In this document: positions 1 to 10,300 of the stretch, one piece after another
Position numbering within the stretch: position 1 is the first letter of the stretch
Layout: every line of letters starts with the position of its first letter
From: Elusimicrobiota bacterium
GTDB taxonomy: Bacteria; Elusimicrobiota; Elusimicrobia; UBA1565
Direction: 5' to 3'
DNA length: 64,000 nucleotides
Assembly (NCBI GenBank): GCA_043827405.1
Contig: JBDRPD010000096.1
Coordinates: 1-64,000 of the forward strand
Position numbers and translations under genes: made by a program
Notes under the pieces: generated by a model
The model's database searches: none
Seen by the model: only the letters and a program-made list of their open reading frames with translations
What the model was told of the DNA's origin: nothing

Positions 1-1161
1 TGGAAGGAAAAGGAGCTTGACGGCACCGCCGAGGGGCTCCTGCACTTCGCCGGGCCGCTCAAGGAACTGAGCCTGACGAGCATGTCCGTGCTGCTGCGGA
101 ACTTCACGTTCAGCCACGCGGCCGGCAAGAAGATTTCTCAAGCGGATATCAACCTCAAGAGCTCGCAGGGCTGGAAGGACCTTTCCGTGAGCGTGCCCAA
201 GGGAAGCTATGTGGCGTATGCCAACGCGCTCTCCGGCCTCGATTTGGACTTCCGGGTGGCGGAGAGCGATCTGGTATTTAAGAAATTCGACGTCACCTGG
301 AACGAGTCCCGTATTCGGCTGCGCGGCTGCATGAAGAATTTCCGGCAGGCGGAGAAGGTTTTTTTCGACGGGAGCGTCGATCGGTTTAAGGTGGACGAGA
401 CCTATTCGGCCATCGAGAATCTGATTGTCCTGCGCAAGAAGGAGAAGGGGCAGGAGATCGTCAAGGGACGGCCCTGGGCCTCGACGTTCCGCTTCGGAAT
501 TCCCGATAAGTTTCCCAACTTGGAAGGCCGGCTGCTTTTCGGCGAAACGGTGAGCCCCAATTTTGCGTCGCAGAATTTTAAGCTTGAGCTGGCGCTGGAC
601 AGCATTTCCCGGGGACTGCGGGAAGTGGACGGCATGTTCAAGATCGGCTTCGGCCCGGGACGAATACGCGAGGTCCCCGACGTCCGCAAGGCCAATAAGC
701 TGCTCAATGTCCTGATCCTGCCCTTCTCCTACATGCACGAGATTTATCAGAAGGCGCGTCTCAGCATGGACACCGCGGTGCTTAAGACGCTCGACATCAC
801 GCGAACCTACGGCGACTTTTCGGTCACGCGGGGCAAGGTCGATGTCCGCTATATCCATTTCGACAGCCCGCAGTTCGCCGCCTTCGCCGACGGGACGGCG
901 GATTTTTCGATCGAGGATGTGGACCTCGACGTACTGATGCGCATGATGGCTTCGGGCGCCAGGCTGCCTGACCGGCTGGTGGACATCCAGGGGCGCCCCT
1001 CCATCAAGATTAAAGTTAAGGACAACCTCAGCGAGCCAAAGGTCGACTTCAGCCTCAAAAAGGTTGGGGCCGGCGACCTGGAGAACGCTTTGTCCGAGGG
1101 ACTCAAGCGGGGCACCAGAATGGAGCCCATCGACGACAAGCTGACGTGCGGGAGGAAGTGA
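1..1161 (+). CDS. AsmA-like / AsmA C-terminal region envelope protein (5' truncated by window edge)
   Basis: Frame is open from base 1. Beta-strand-rich sequence with an AsmA-C-like ending (GDFSVTRGKVDV...DGTADF...IKIKVKDNLSEPKVDF). The stop overlaps the pyrE start (TGATG). Confidence 0.6.
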   Translation, partial: WKEKELDGTAEGLLHFAGPLKELSLTSMSVLLRNFTFSHAAGKKISQADINLKSSQGWKDLSVSVPKGSYVAYANALSGLDLDFRVAESDLVFKKFDVTWNESRIRLRGCMKNFRQAEKVFFDGSVDRFKVDETYSAIENLIVLRKKEKGQEIVKGRPWASTFRFGIPDKFPNLEGRLLFGETVSPNFASQNFKLELALDSISRGLREVDGMFKIGFGPGRIREVPDVRKANKLLNVLILPFSYMHEIYQKARLSMDTAVLKTLDITRTYGDFSVTRGKVDVRYIHFDSPQFAAFADGTADFSIEDVDLDVLMRMMASGARLPDRLVDIQGRPSIKIKVKDNLSEPKVDFSLKKVGAGDLENALSEGLKRGTRMEPIDDKLTCGRK

Positions 1162-1760
1162 TGAGCCGCGATAATAAACTGGACGTGCTGGGCATTTTTC
1201 AGGAACATGGGGCGATCAAGGAAGGGCACTTCAAGCTGCCCAGCGGCCTGCACGGTTCGACCTATGTGCAGACGGCGGTGATCCTGCAGTATCCGAATCT
1301 GACTTTCAAGATCGCCCAGGCGATGAGCCGCAAGTTCCCGGCCCCGGTGGATGTCGTTGTGTCGGCGGCGATGGGCGCGATCGTCCTGGGCCAGGAGATC
1401 GCCCGGCAGCGCAAGTGCCGGTCGATCTTTTTCGAAAGGATGGGCGGCGCCATGGGGCTGCACCGCCACTTCCGCCTGGAGCGCGGCGAGCGCGTGCTTG
1501 TCGTCGAGGACATCCTGACCCGCGGCCGCTCGACATCGGAGGTTGTGGCGCTTTCCGCGGTCTACGGCGCCAGGATCGTGGGCGTAGCGGCGATCGTCGA
1601 CCGCTCGAATTCCAAGCTGCCCCTGAAAATCCCGGTCCGCGCTTTACTGACTTTGCCGGCCGAAGCGGTGCCGCCGGATCATTGCGGCGCCTGCGCGCGC
1701 GGGGTGCCGCTGGTTCGTCCGGAAGACGACCGGACTTTGGGGCGGGGAGACGCGGGATGA
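1161..1760 (+). CDS. pyrE: orotate phosphoribosyltransferase (divergent PRPP loop)
   Basis: GHFKLPSGLH, PRT motif VLVVEDILTRGRS, IVDRS and a C-terminal CxxC (CGAC); SD-like GGAGG before ATG 1161. Confidence 0.8.
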   Translation: MSRDNKLDVLGIFQEHGAIKEGHFKLPSGLHGSTYVQTAVILQYPNLTFKIAQAMSRKFPAPVDVVVSAAMGAIVLGQEIARQRKCRSIFFERMGGAMGLHRHFRLERGERVLVVEDILTRGRSTSEVVALSAVYGARIVGVAAIVDRSNSKLPLKIPVRALLTLPAEAVPPDHCGACARGVPLVRPEDDRTLGRGDAG

Positions 1761-3070
1761 TCGAGCGCTACAGCCGCCCGGACATGGTGCGGATCTGGGA
1801 TGCCGAGGCCCGCTTTCGGCGAATCCTCGAGGTTGAATGCGCTTTTCTTGAAGCCATCGCGCGGGAAAAGCGCATTCCGTCCGGGGAGCTGCGCGCCCTG
1901 CGCGCCGTCTGCTCCCGCGGTCCCTTCGCGGCCAAGGTCCGCGAGAAGGAGAAGAAGAGCGCGCACGACGTTGTCGCCCTGCTGCAGGTCGTCTCCGCGC
2001 GGCTTAAGCGCCGAGCGCCCAAGGTCGTCCAGTATCTGCACTACGGGCTGACTTCTTCGGACGTGCTCGACACCGCCTTGGCGCTGCAGCTGCGCGACGC
2101 GGCCGACCTCCTGCTTGCCGGCTGGCAGCGTGCGCTGCGCGGCATGCGCCGGCTCTCCCGCCGGCACGCCGTCACCTGGATGGTCGGGCGGACCCACGGC
2201 ATCCATGCGGAGCCGACGACGTTCGGCCTCAAGGTCGCCGGCTGGCACGCCGAGGCGAAACGCAATATCGAGCGCCTGCAGCGGGTGCGTCGTGAGGTCT
2301 CCTACGGCAAGCTTTCCGGCGCGGTGGGCACGTACGCGCATTTTCCGCCGGCGCTCGAACGCACGGTTCTCAAACGCCTGGGCCTGCGTCCGGAGCCGGT
2401 CGCCACCCAGGTCGTTCCGCGCGACCGCCATGCGGACTTCTTCTCCGCCCTGACCCTTTCGGCCTGCGCCGTTGAGCGTTTCGCTACCGAGATCCGCCAC
2501 TTGCAGCGGACCGAGGTGGGTGAGGCGGCCGAGCCGTTCGGGCGCGGCCAGAAAGGCTCCTCGGCGATGCCGCACAAGCGCAATCCCGTCCTGTGCGAGA
2601 ACCTCTGCGGGTTGGCCCGGCTGATCCGCGGGCACGCCCTTCCGGTCTACGAGAACGTCGCGCTGTGGCACGAGCGCGACATCAGCCACTCCTCGGTGGA
2701 GCGGATCGCCCTGCCGGACGGGACGGTGCTGCTCGACTTTATGCTCCATCGTTTCGCCTCCGTGGTGGAACGGCTCGACGTCTTTCCGGAGCGCATGCGG
2801 CAGAACCTCGACAGTTCGCGCGGGCTGGTGTTCAGCCAGAAGCTGCTGCTGACGCTGATCGACAAGGGGCTCGACCGCATGCGGGCCTACGATATGGTCC
2901 AGCGCAATGCCATGGCGGCCTTCCACGCCGACACGGACTTCCGCGCCGAGCTGGCGGCCGATCCCGAGGTGCGCCGCTTCCTCGGAGAAAAAGAACTGGA
3001 CCGCATCTTTGATCTCGCCTATTACGGCCGCTCGGTACGCCGGGTGCTTAAGCGCGAAGGGATCACATGA
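1757..3070 (+). CDS. purB: adenylosuccinate lyase
   Basis: MIERYSRP start, HYGLTSSDVLDT, GRTHGIHAEPTTFG, signature GSSAMPHKRNP, WHERDISHSSVER; ATGA overlap with pyrE. Confidence 0.96.
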   Translation: MIERYSRPDMVRIWDAEARFRRILEVECAFLEAIAREKRIPSGELRALRAVCSRGPFAAKVREKEKKSAHDVVALLQVVSARLKRRAPKVVQYLHYGLTSSDVLDTALALQLRDAADLLLAGWQRALRGMRRLSRRHAVTWMVGRTHGIHAEPTTFGLKVAGWHAEAKRNIERLQRVRREVSYGKLSGAVGTYAHFPPALERTVLKRLGLRPEPVATQVVPRDRHADFFSALTLSACAVERFATEIRHLQRTEVGEAAEPFGRGQKGSSAMPHKRNPVLCENLCGLARLIRGHALPVYENVALWHERDISHSSVERIALPDGTVLLDFMLHRFASVVERLDVFPERMRQNLDSSRGLVFSQKLLLTLIDKGLDRMRAYDMVQRNAMAAFHADTDFRAELAADPEVRRFLGEKELDRIFDLAYYGRSVRRVLKREGIT

Positions 3071-3186
3071 CCGGACCGATCGCGCCGCTGGGTCGCAGCG
3101 GCTTTGTGGAGTTGTCCGTACGTGATGGAGATTTTTCCGCGCGCTTCGGCGTGCGAACGGGAGAGGCTGTATATGTCGACGGATAA
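3067..3186 (+). pseudogene. 39-aa ORF resembling the C-terminal end of SAM hydrolase/chlorinase (DUF62) proteins
   Basis: ATGA overlap with the purB stop. It translates MTGPIAPLGRSGFVELSVRDGDFSARFGVRTGEAVYVDG, matching the family's G-S-G-x-LE-I/L-A/S-V-x2-G-x4-LG-x3-GD-x-V C-terminal pattern. Confidence 0.5.
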
Positions 3187-4366
3187 ACCGCTGGTTCTAC
3201 AACTAAAGCGCGGCGGCGAAAAACGCCTGCTGCGCGGGTATCCCTGGGTGTTTTCCAATGAGCTGCAGAGCCTGCCGAAAACCGCCGAGCCGGGAGCCCT
3301 CGCCGTCGTGACTACGGCGAAGGATCGTACGCTGGGCGCGGGCTTTTTCAACCCCAATAGCCTGATCGCTTTTCGCCTGCTGTCCCGGACGACGCGCGAG
3401 TTTGACGCCTCCTTCCTGCGCGAACGGCTGGAAAAAGCATTGGCGCTGCGGCTGCGGCATTTCCCGGGAGCGCGCTCCTTCCGGCTGTGTCACGGTGAGC
3501 CGGACGGCCTCCCCGGCCTCCTGATTGACAAGTACGAGGACGTCTTGGTGCTGCAGGTATTGGCGGCGGGCATGGAACGCCTCCTGCCCGCCATCGACGA
3601 AGCGCTTGTCGGGCTGCTCGAACCGAGCGCCATATTTCTCAAGAACGATCACCCGCTGCGCGGGCTGGAAGGTTTGCCGCTTGAGAAGAAGGCGCTGCGC
3701 GGAGATGTTCCCGAAAAGCTCCGCATTGAGGAGGATGGACTGCGCTTTATGGTGTCGCCGACATCGGGCGAAGGGCTGGGGACCGGATTCGACCAACGGG
3801 GCAACCGCGCGGCGCTGGCGCCCTTGTTCCAGGGCCGCCGGGTGCTCGACCTCTGCTGCTCTGCCGGGGCCTTCGCGCTGTGCGCGGCGAAACACGACGC
3901 CGTGAAGGTTCTCGGTTTGGACAACTCTCCCGAGGCGGTGGCGCTGGCGGCTGAGAGCGCCGCGCTCAACGGGCTCGCCGACCGCTGCGATTTCGATTCC
4001 GGCGATGCCGCGGAGGTGCTGGACGTCTTCGCGGCCAAGAAGCAGCCCTTCGTCCCGGACCTGATCATCCTGAACCCTCCGAACCTGGCGCCGTCGAAGA
4101 AGCGGCTGTCAAAAGCGCTGCGCACCTACGACCGCCTGAATACTCAGGCTCTGCGGATTCTGCCCCGCGGGGGCATCCTGGCTACGAGCACCTGTTCGCA
4201 TCATCTTTCACGCGAGGCGTTCGTGAAGATGCTGCGCGGCGCGGCGGCCAAGAGCGAACGCGGCGTCCATCTCCTGCAGCTGCGCGGACAGGCGGCCGAC
4301 CATCCGGTGCTGCTGGCGATGCCGGAGAGCGAGTATCTGCATTTCGCCGTTCTCGAGGTGGTCTGA
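3173..4366 (+). CDS. RlmI-like class I SAM-dependent RNA methyltransferase (PUA + MTase)
   Basis: GYPWVFSNE, HGEPDGLPGLLIDKY, DQRGNR, VLDLCCSAGAF, STCSHH, DHPVL...ESEYL. Confidence 0.85.
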   Translation: MSTDKPLVLQLKRGGEKRLLRGYPWVFSNELQSLPKTAEPGALAVVTTAKDRTLGAGFFNPNSLIAFRLLSRTTREFDASFLRERLEKALALRLRHFPGARSFRLCHGEPDGLPGLLIDKYEDVLVLQVLAAGMERLLPAIDEALVGLLEPSAIFLKNDHPLRGLEGLPLEKKALRGDVPEKLRIEEDGLRFMVSPTSGEGLGTGFDQRGNRAALAPLFQGRRVLDLCCSAGAFALCAAKHDAVKVLGLDNSPEAVALAAESAALNGLADRCDFDSGDAAEVLDVFAAKKQPFVPDLIILNPPNLAPSKKRLSKALRTYDRLNTQALRILPRGGILATSTCSHHLSREAFVKMLRGAAAKSERGVHLLQLRGQAADHPVLLAMPESEYLHFAVLEVV

Positions 4367-6433
4367 TTGGCCGCGGAGGACGTCGAGGATCCGGAGTTCG
4401 AGCTCGGCTGGGAGCCCGCGACCCCCGAAATCGCGTCGATCGAAGAGTTCCTGCAGCAGGAGCATCAGGCGCAGAGCGCCAGCCACGAAGCCCTTTATGA
4501 TCTGCCGGTCGAAGACCGGGTCGCCGCCGGCAGAGCGCTGGATGGGGTGCGGTATGTCCGCGCCGAGGGGGAGGAGTCGAAGCTGGTTCATGTCTTCCGC
4601 TGTGCGAAGAATAACTCACGGTTCCGGCCCGGTACCCGCCTGCGGCTGAGCCGCCGGGATCCCCGCCGGCCCGCGGCGCGCATGGAGCTTGTTGAGGACC
4701 GCTACGACGGGAAGGAGTTTATTCTGCGGCTCTCCGGCGCGGTGGAGAATCCGGAGGAGCTCATTAGCGCCGAGACCTGGGTGCTCGACGAGGAAGTTTT
4801 CGATCTCCTGGGGGCGCAGCTTTCGATCCTGCACGCCGCACAGGAGTCCTCGCTGGGGGAGTGGCTGGCGGGCGAAGAGGATATTCCCGAGCCGCCCGCG
4901 CAGGCCTCGAACTCCGTGTTTACGGACGGCCTAGAGGAGAACATGCGCACCGCTTTCGACCGCTGCGCGTTGGCGAATTCGTACTTCTCGGTGCAGGGAC
5001 CGCCCGGCTCAGGAAAGACGCATCTGCTGGCGCGGCTGGCGCTTCATTTCGCGCTGGAAGAGAATATGCGGGTGCTGGTGACGGCGGTTTCGCATCAGGC
5101 CATCCACCACGCGCTGGGTGAGATCTACTGGGTCGGCCGGCGCCTCGCCGGCCTGCATATGGACGCGGAGGAACTGTTGTCCGATTCCTTCTACAAGCTG
5201 GGCGCGTCCCGGGGGCGCAACGAAGGACTGCCCGCCGGGATTCGTCCGGTGATGGGCTTGGCACGCCGCAAGCGGCCGGTCGTCGTCGGGGCGACCCTCT
5301 ACGCGGCGCAGAACGCGGCCTGGGGCTTCTCCACGCGTCCCTTCGACATCGTGCTCTTCGATGAAGCGGGACAGGCGCCCCTGATCCTCGCGCTCGCGGC
5401 CCGGCTGCTCGCTCCGAAGGTGGTGTTTATCGGGGATGATGCGCAGCTGCCGCCGGTAGTCGCCTCGCCGCCGGAGGAGGGGGGGGACGCGTTCGCGCGG
5501 TTGTCGACTCTGGAGTTTATCCGGCGCAATTACGGTGATCCTTATCTGCTGACGGAGACGCGGCGGCTCAACGCGCGGCTGTGTTCGGTCGTCAGCGAGT
5601 GTTTCTATAACGGCCGGCTGGAGCCGTCGGCCGATGCGGCCGGGAGGCGCTGCGAGCTGAAGTCATCGCCCCAGCGGCCGTTCGACTCCATTTTGTCGCC
5701 GGACGAGAGCCTGGTGTTTGTCGATGTCCCGCATGAGAACGCGAAATCCTCCTGCGAGGGAGAGGCGGCCTGGGCGGCCGCGATCGCGGCCGAAGCGGTG
5801 CGCTGCGGGCTCCCTCCCGAAGACGTCGGCATCATCGCGCCCTATCGCGCGCAGTGCAACCGCATACGCTTTCTTCTCGGCAAGAAGAGCCGGGTGCTGT
5901 GCTCGACGGTCGAACGCTTTCAGGGCCAGGAGCGGGAGATGGTTATCCTGTCCTTGACCAGTTCGCATATACGCTACCTGGCGCGGCTCGCGGGCTTTCT
6001 CTTCGATCCGCATCGGCTCAATGTCGCGATCAGCCGGGCGCGGACCAAGGTGGTTATTCTGGGCTCGCGGCAGGCGCTGGTGCACGCGATCGAGTCGGGG
6101 GAGACCGCCGATCCCGACGCGGCCTTCGCCCGCGGCTTTGAGGTGTTCCGCCGTATCCTGGACGCCGCCTGTCTCATCGATGTCGCGGGCAAGCCGCCGG
6201 CCGCGGCGCGGGCGCCCGCCGCGGCGGTCCCGCGCGAGAGCGCGGAAGGCGAGGTGTTCGAGCCGGGAGATCAGATCGACCATCCGATGTACGGTCCGGG
6301 CCGCGTGCTCGCAAAATCCTCCCAGCGCATCGACAATAAGCTGCAGTGGGTCAACGAGATGCGCTTCGCGGACGGTACCGTGCGGCTGATCGTTCCCGGG
6401 CTGAGCCGCCCGCCGATAAAAAAGCTGACGTGA
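4367..6433 (+). CDS. Upf1/DNA2/NAM7-like SF1B helicase with C-terminal Tudor-like domain
   Basis: QGPPGSGKT, DEAGQ, GDDAQLPP, GIIAPYRAQ, TVERFQGQERE, RLNVAISRAR; TTG start directly after the upstream stop. Confidence 0.88.
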   Translation: MAAEDVEDPEFELGWEPATPEIASIEEFLQQEHQAQSASHEALYDLPVEDRVAAGRALDGVRYVRAEGEESKLVHVFRCAKNNSRFRPGTRLRLSRRDPRRPAARMELVEDRYDGKEFILRLSGAVENPEELISAETWVLDEEVFDLLGAQLSILHAAQESSLGEWLAGEEDIPEPPAQASNSVFTDGLEENMRTAFDRCALANSYFSVQGPPGSGKTHLLARLALHFALEENMRVLVTAVSHQAIHHALGEIYWVGRRLAGLHMDAEELLSDSFYKLGASRGRNEGLPAGIRPVMGLARRKRPVVVGATLYAAQNAAWGFSTRPFDIVLFDEAGQAPLILALAARLLAPKVVFIGDDAQLPPVVASPPEEGGDAFARLSTLEFIRRNYGDPYLLTETRRLNARLCSVVSECFYNGRLEPSADAAGRRCELKSSPQRPFDSILSPDESLVFVDVPHENAKSSCEGEAAWAAAIAAEAVRCGLPPEDVGIIAPYRAQCNRIRFLLGKKSRVLCSTVERFQGQEREMVILSLTSSHIRYLARLAGFLFDPHRLNVAISRARTKVVILGSRQALVHAIESGETADPDAAFARGFEVFRRILDAACLIDVAGKPPAAARAPAAAVPRESAEGEVFEPGDQIDHPMYGPGRVLAKSSQRIDNKLQWVNEMRFADGTVRLIVPGLSRPPIKKLT

Positions 6434-6822
6434 GGCACTATCTGGTCGACGGTTCGAACGCGGTGCGGCGCGGCAGCTATGATCCGCGCTTTCCGGAAAT
6501 CGAGGAGCAGCGCACGCTGGAATTTCTCTGCCGGCTAAACGACCTCGCCGCGGCTTGCGGCGGACTGTTTCGTATTGAGGTTTTCTTCGATGGGCCGACG
6601 CGCCCATTGATCGCCGTGGACCCGCCCGTGCATATCCGCTTTCCGATCGACGGCTACGCCGATGCCGCGATTTTGGGAACCGCGCGCAGCCTGTTGGCGC
6701 AAGGAAAGGGCGCGGTAGCGGTGACCGGAGACGGCCAGCTCGCGGCCCAGCTGCGGGAGGAGGGGGCGCACGTCATCCGCGCTTCCGAGCTCGAGGCCCG
6801 GCTGCGGGAGGACCGGGCCTGA
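6430..6822 (+). CDS. NYN (YacP-like, PIN-fold) ribonuclease domain protein
   Basis: YLVDGSN, VFFDG, ADAAI, AVTGDGQL acidic motifs; GTGA overlap with the helicase stop. Confidence 0.8.
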   Translation: MRHYLVDGSNAVRRGSYDPRFPEIEEQRTLEFLCRLNDLAAACGGLFRIEVFFDGPTRPLIAVDPPVHIRFPIDGYADAAILGTARSLLAQGKGAVAVTGDGQLAAQLREEGAHVIRASELEARLREDRA

Positions 6823-7305
6823 TCAGCGCCGGGCGCGGATAATGGCGATGGCTTTGCGGACGATGTAGATGGTGGTCTGCCCCGCGGACTTATGCTGGTC
6901 GCGCAGGCCTTTAAGCCCGGTGGTCGACTTGGTGATGAACTGGCGGCGCTCCAGCAGCCGCTTTGACTTTCCGTCGTAAAACTCCACGTCGACGAAAAGC
7001 TTCAGGCGTCGCCAGCGCTTGACGCGGACGATGCGGGCGCTGATCTCCAGGTCGGCGGGGGTGCTCTCCTCGAGATCGAGGACCGCGCTGAACAGCTTGC
7101 TGCGCTCCAACTCCAGCTGAAACATGCGCTTGAGCCATTTCTCTTCGATCGGGGTGTCCGGCAGCGCGCTCGCTACGCGGTAGCCTACGGTCCGATATCG
7201 GGCCCAACCGGTGGGCTCGCCGCCGTCCCCGCCGGCTTTGCCGGCGCCGCCCGCGCAGCCGGCGAGCGCCGCGACACACAGCAGGAGCGGTAAAAGGTTG
7301 CGCAC
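6823..7305 (-). CDS. hypothetical lipoprotein
   Basis: GTG start, signal peptide with lipobox LAGC; extended -10 (TGcTATCCT) 6 nt upstream. Confidence 0.65.
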   Translation of the reverse strand: MRNLLPLLLCVAALAGCAGGAGKAGGDGGEPTGWARYRTVGYRVASALPDTPIEEKWLKRMFQLELERSKLFSAVLDLEESTPADLEISARIVRVKRWRRLKLFVDVEFYDGKSKRLLERRQFITKSTTGLKGLRDQHKSAGQTTIYIVRKAIAIIRARR

Positions 7306-7372
7306 CCGTGGAGGATAGCAAAAGTGTGGCCGACGCGGATGCAAAAGGATATACTAGCCGTACGTCGAGATC

Positions 7373-10300
7373 ATGCTTTCCGTCCACTACGGGCCGTTTC
7401 AGCCGAGTCTTGAGGATGCCTTCCTCAAAGAAGTCGCGGACCTGCATAAGGACGCGGCCATCCCCCGCATTGCCGTAATTACCCCTTCCCGGCGCCTGGC
7501 CGACAGGCTGCAGCGGCTGATCGCCCTGGAGGGCGGGCATGCCTGCCTGGGGGTGACCTTTCATACCTTCTACAGCTTCGCGTTGGAGGTTGTCTCGGAG
7601 GCCGCTCCGGACGGCCGCGCGGTCGTTCGCGAGCCTATGTTTTTTGATCGCCTGCTCGATTCGCTGCTGGATAAGCCCGCGCAGGGCGTCCGGCCGCGCG
7701 GCTTGGCGGCCTCTTACCGCGCGAGCCTGAAGGATCTTATCGATGCGGGCGTCGGCTCCGGCGCCGCGGCGCTGCTGGAAGAGGGCCTGATTCGGGACGA
7801 GGAAGAAAAGCGCCGTCTCAAGGGGCTGCTGGACAAGCTCGCGGCGTACGAGAAGCGCATGCGGGAGCTCGACGTCATGCCGCCGTCGGGGCTTACGGAG
7901 CGCGCCGTACGGGAGGTGCGCCGGGGCAGCGCGGCGCTCGGGCGCTATTCCCGCCTGCTCTACTACGGCTTTTATGACCTGACCGGGCTGCAGGCGGAGT
8001 TTTTTGAAGCGGTCGCCAAGGAGCATCCGGTTACGCTTTTCTTCCCGTACCGCCGGGGGCATCCGGCCTTCGCCTTCGCCGACCGCTTCTTCGAGACGCG
8101 GCTGCATATCGGAGGGCGCGCCCCGCAAAGGCTTCCGGAATCGACGGCAGGACGCGCGCTGGGACCGGCGTTGGACGCGTTGTTCGCGCCCGGCCGCAGC
8201 GCCTCCGTGCCGCCGGAGGCTCTGCGCTTCTTCTCCGCTTCCGGAGCGCGCGACGAAGCGTGGCGGACGGGCAAGGAAATCCTGCGTCTAGTCGAGGGGG
8301 AGGGCCGCTCCTATGACGACATCGGGGTGGTGGCGCGTACGCTCGAGCCGTACCGCGCGGCGATCGAAGAGGCGTTCTCCGAATCGCATATTCCGTTATG
8401 CCTGCGGGCGGAAGAGCCGCTGCTGCGCCGGCCGGCGGCGCGGCTCTGCATGACCCTGCTTACGCTGGCGCGTCGGGACTATCCCGCGCTGGCGGTTCTC
8501 GATTTGGTCGGCTCGCCGTTTTACCGGCGCCGGCCCGGACCGCATTGGCGTGTGCTGATCGAGCGGCTGCGCATTCACCGCGGCTGGCTGCAGTGGGAGG
8601 GCAAGCTCGCTCCCATCGCGCATGCCGACTTCCAGCTCTACCCGCACCTGCAGGAAGCCGGTCGGGGGACGCTGGTCCCGCGCCAGGAGATGGCGGAGCT
8701 GTGGGGCCTGCTGTGCGCGTGGCGTGAGCGTCTGGCTCCGGCCGGTACGCGCAAATGGTCGACGTGGGCGGCTTATGCGCGCGAGCTGCTCACGGATTAT
8801 TTCACGACGGATGAAGACCGGGGTTTCCAGGACTTCAGCGAAGCGCTGGGCCGATTCGCCGCGTTTGACCTGCTAGGTGAGAAAGTGACATTTGCCGATT
8901 TTTTGGAAACGGTTGAGGACCGCTTATCGCGCCTGACGCGGCCGGAAGACGGAGCGCCGACGGGAGGCGTGCGCGTCATGAGCGCCATGGACGCGCGCGG
9001 GGAGTCTTTCGGCGTGCTTTTTGTGCTCGGGCTGAAGGAAGGGCTGTTCCCGCGTACGGTGCGGGAAGACCCGCTTCTGCGCGACGCCTCGCGCGTCGCG
9101 CTTAACCGGGACGGGGGCTACTGGATCGGATCGAAGCAGGCGGGCTACGACGAGGAAAAGCTGCTGTTCTACCTTCTGGCGGCTTCCGCCCGCGACCGTC
9201 TCTACTGCTCCTATCCGCGTTCGGACGAAGACGGCCGCGCGCAAATTCCGTCGATCTACCTGCTCGACCTCTGCCGCGCCGCCGGATTGTCATGGCCGGA
9301 CGCGGGCCGCGTGGAGCATGTGCCGCGTCCGCCGCAGCAGAAGCTGTCGCTGCCGCATCTAGCGCCCTATCTGTCCCCCAAGGAGGCTTCGGTCGCGGCG
9401 GCGCTGGCGGGCATGGACGCCCGTCCCTTGCACCGCGCTCTCGGATTCGACGCCTCCGGCTTTCGCGCGCTGGCGGTGCGCGTGGAGGTGCTCAATCGCT
9501 ACGGCAAGGCGGGGGCGATGGACGGGGTCATCGGGCCGCCGGATGAGTTTCTCAAGGAGCTGCGGCGCGCCGGCCTCTCGCCGTCATCGCTTGAGACGCT
9601 CGCCCGCTGTCCATTCCAGTACTACGCCACCAAGGTTCTCGGTCTCAATGAGCCCGAGGAGCCTTCCGCCAGCGGCGTGGTCTCGCCGGCGGTCAAGGGA
9701 GAGATTTACCACGCGCTGCTGCGCGGATTTTATTCGCGGCTAACCAAGTCCGGCTACTGGAGCTCGGGGGACAGCGCCTTCCCCGAGGCCGAGCTGCGGG
9801 AGGAGGAGCAGAGCGTCCTCGTCCGCTATTCATGGCGCGAGCTGGGCGTCTATCCTCTGCTGTGGATCATTACTCTGCGCGGTATTCGGACCAATCTGCG
9901 CCGCTTTTTGTTGTGGGATATCGCACGGCTCCGGGAAGAGGGGCTCACCCCCCGGTGGCTGGAAAAAGAGCTGCGCGCGGAGATCCTGCCGCATCTCCCC
10001 AAGGCGCTCGCCGGCATGCCGTTCCAGGGCCGGGCGGACAGGATCGATACCGATGGGAGCCGCTTTCGCGTTATCGACTACAAGACGCGCTGGCGGCGCG
10101 ACCGCCTCGAGCGCCTCGCTCTTAAGGGCGAGCTGTTCCAGCCGACGATATACCGCGAGCTTGCCGCCCGCTACTTCGCGCTCGAGGATATGCAGCCGGA
10201 TGGGGTCGTATACCTCGCTCTCGAAGACGCCCCCGAGGTCAACGGCAAGCGCGTCGACCATATATTCACGGAGGAGGAGTACGCCAAGGGCAGCAAGGCG

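Noticed and set aside
1415..1756. Long N-terminal extensions in the ORF track (purB, malQ, wecB, GT9, rsmE, Rieske) suggesting fusions
   Set aside because: The extensions overlap neighbouring genes and are low-information; family-typical starts lie downstream, with stop/start overlaps or -10 elements.
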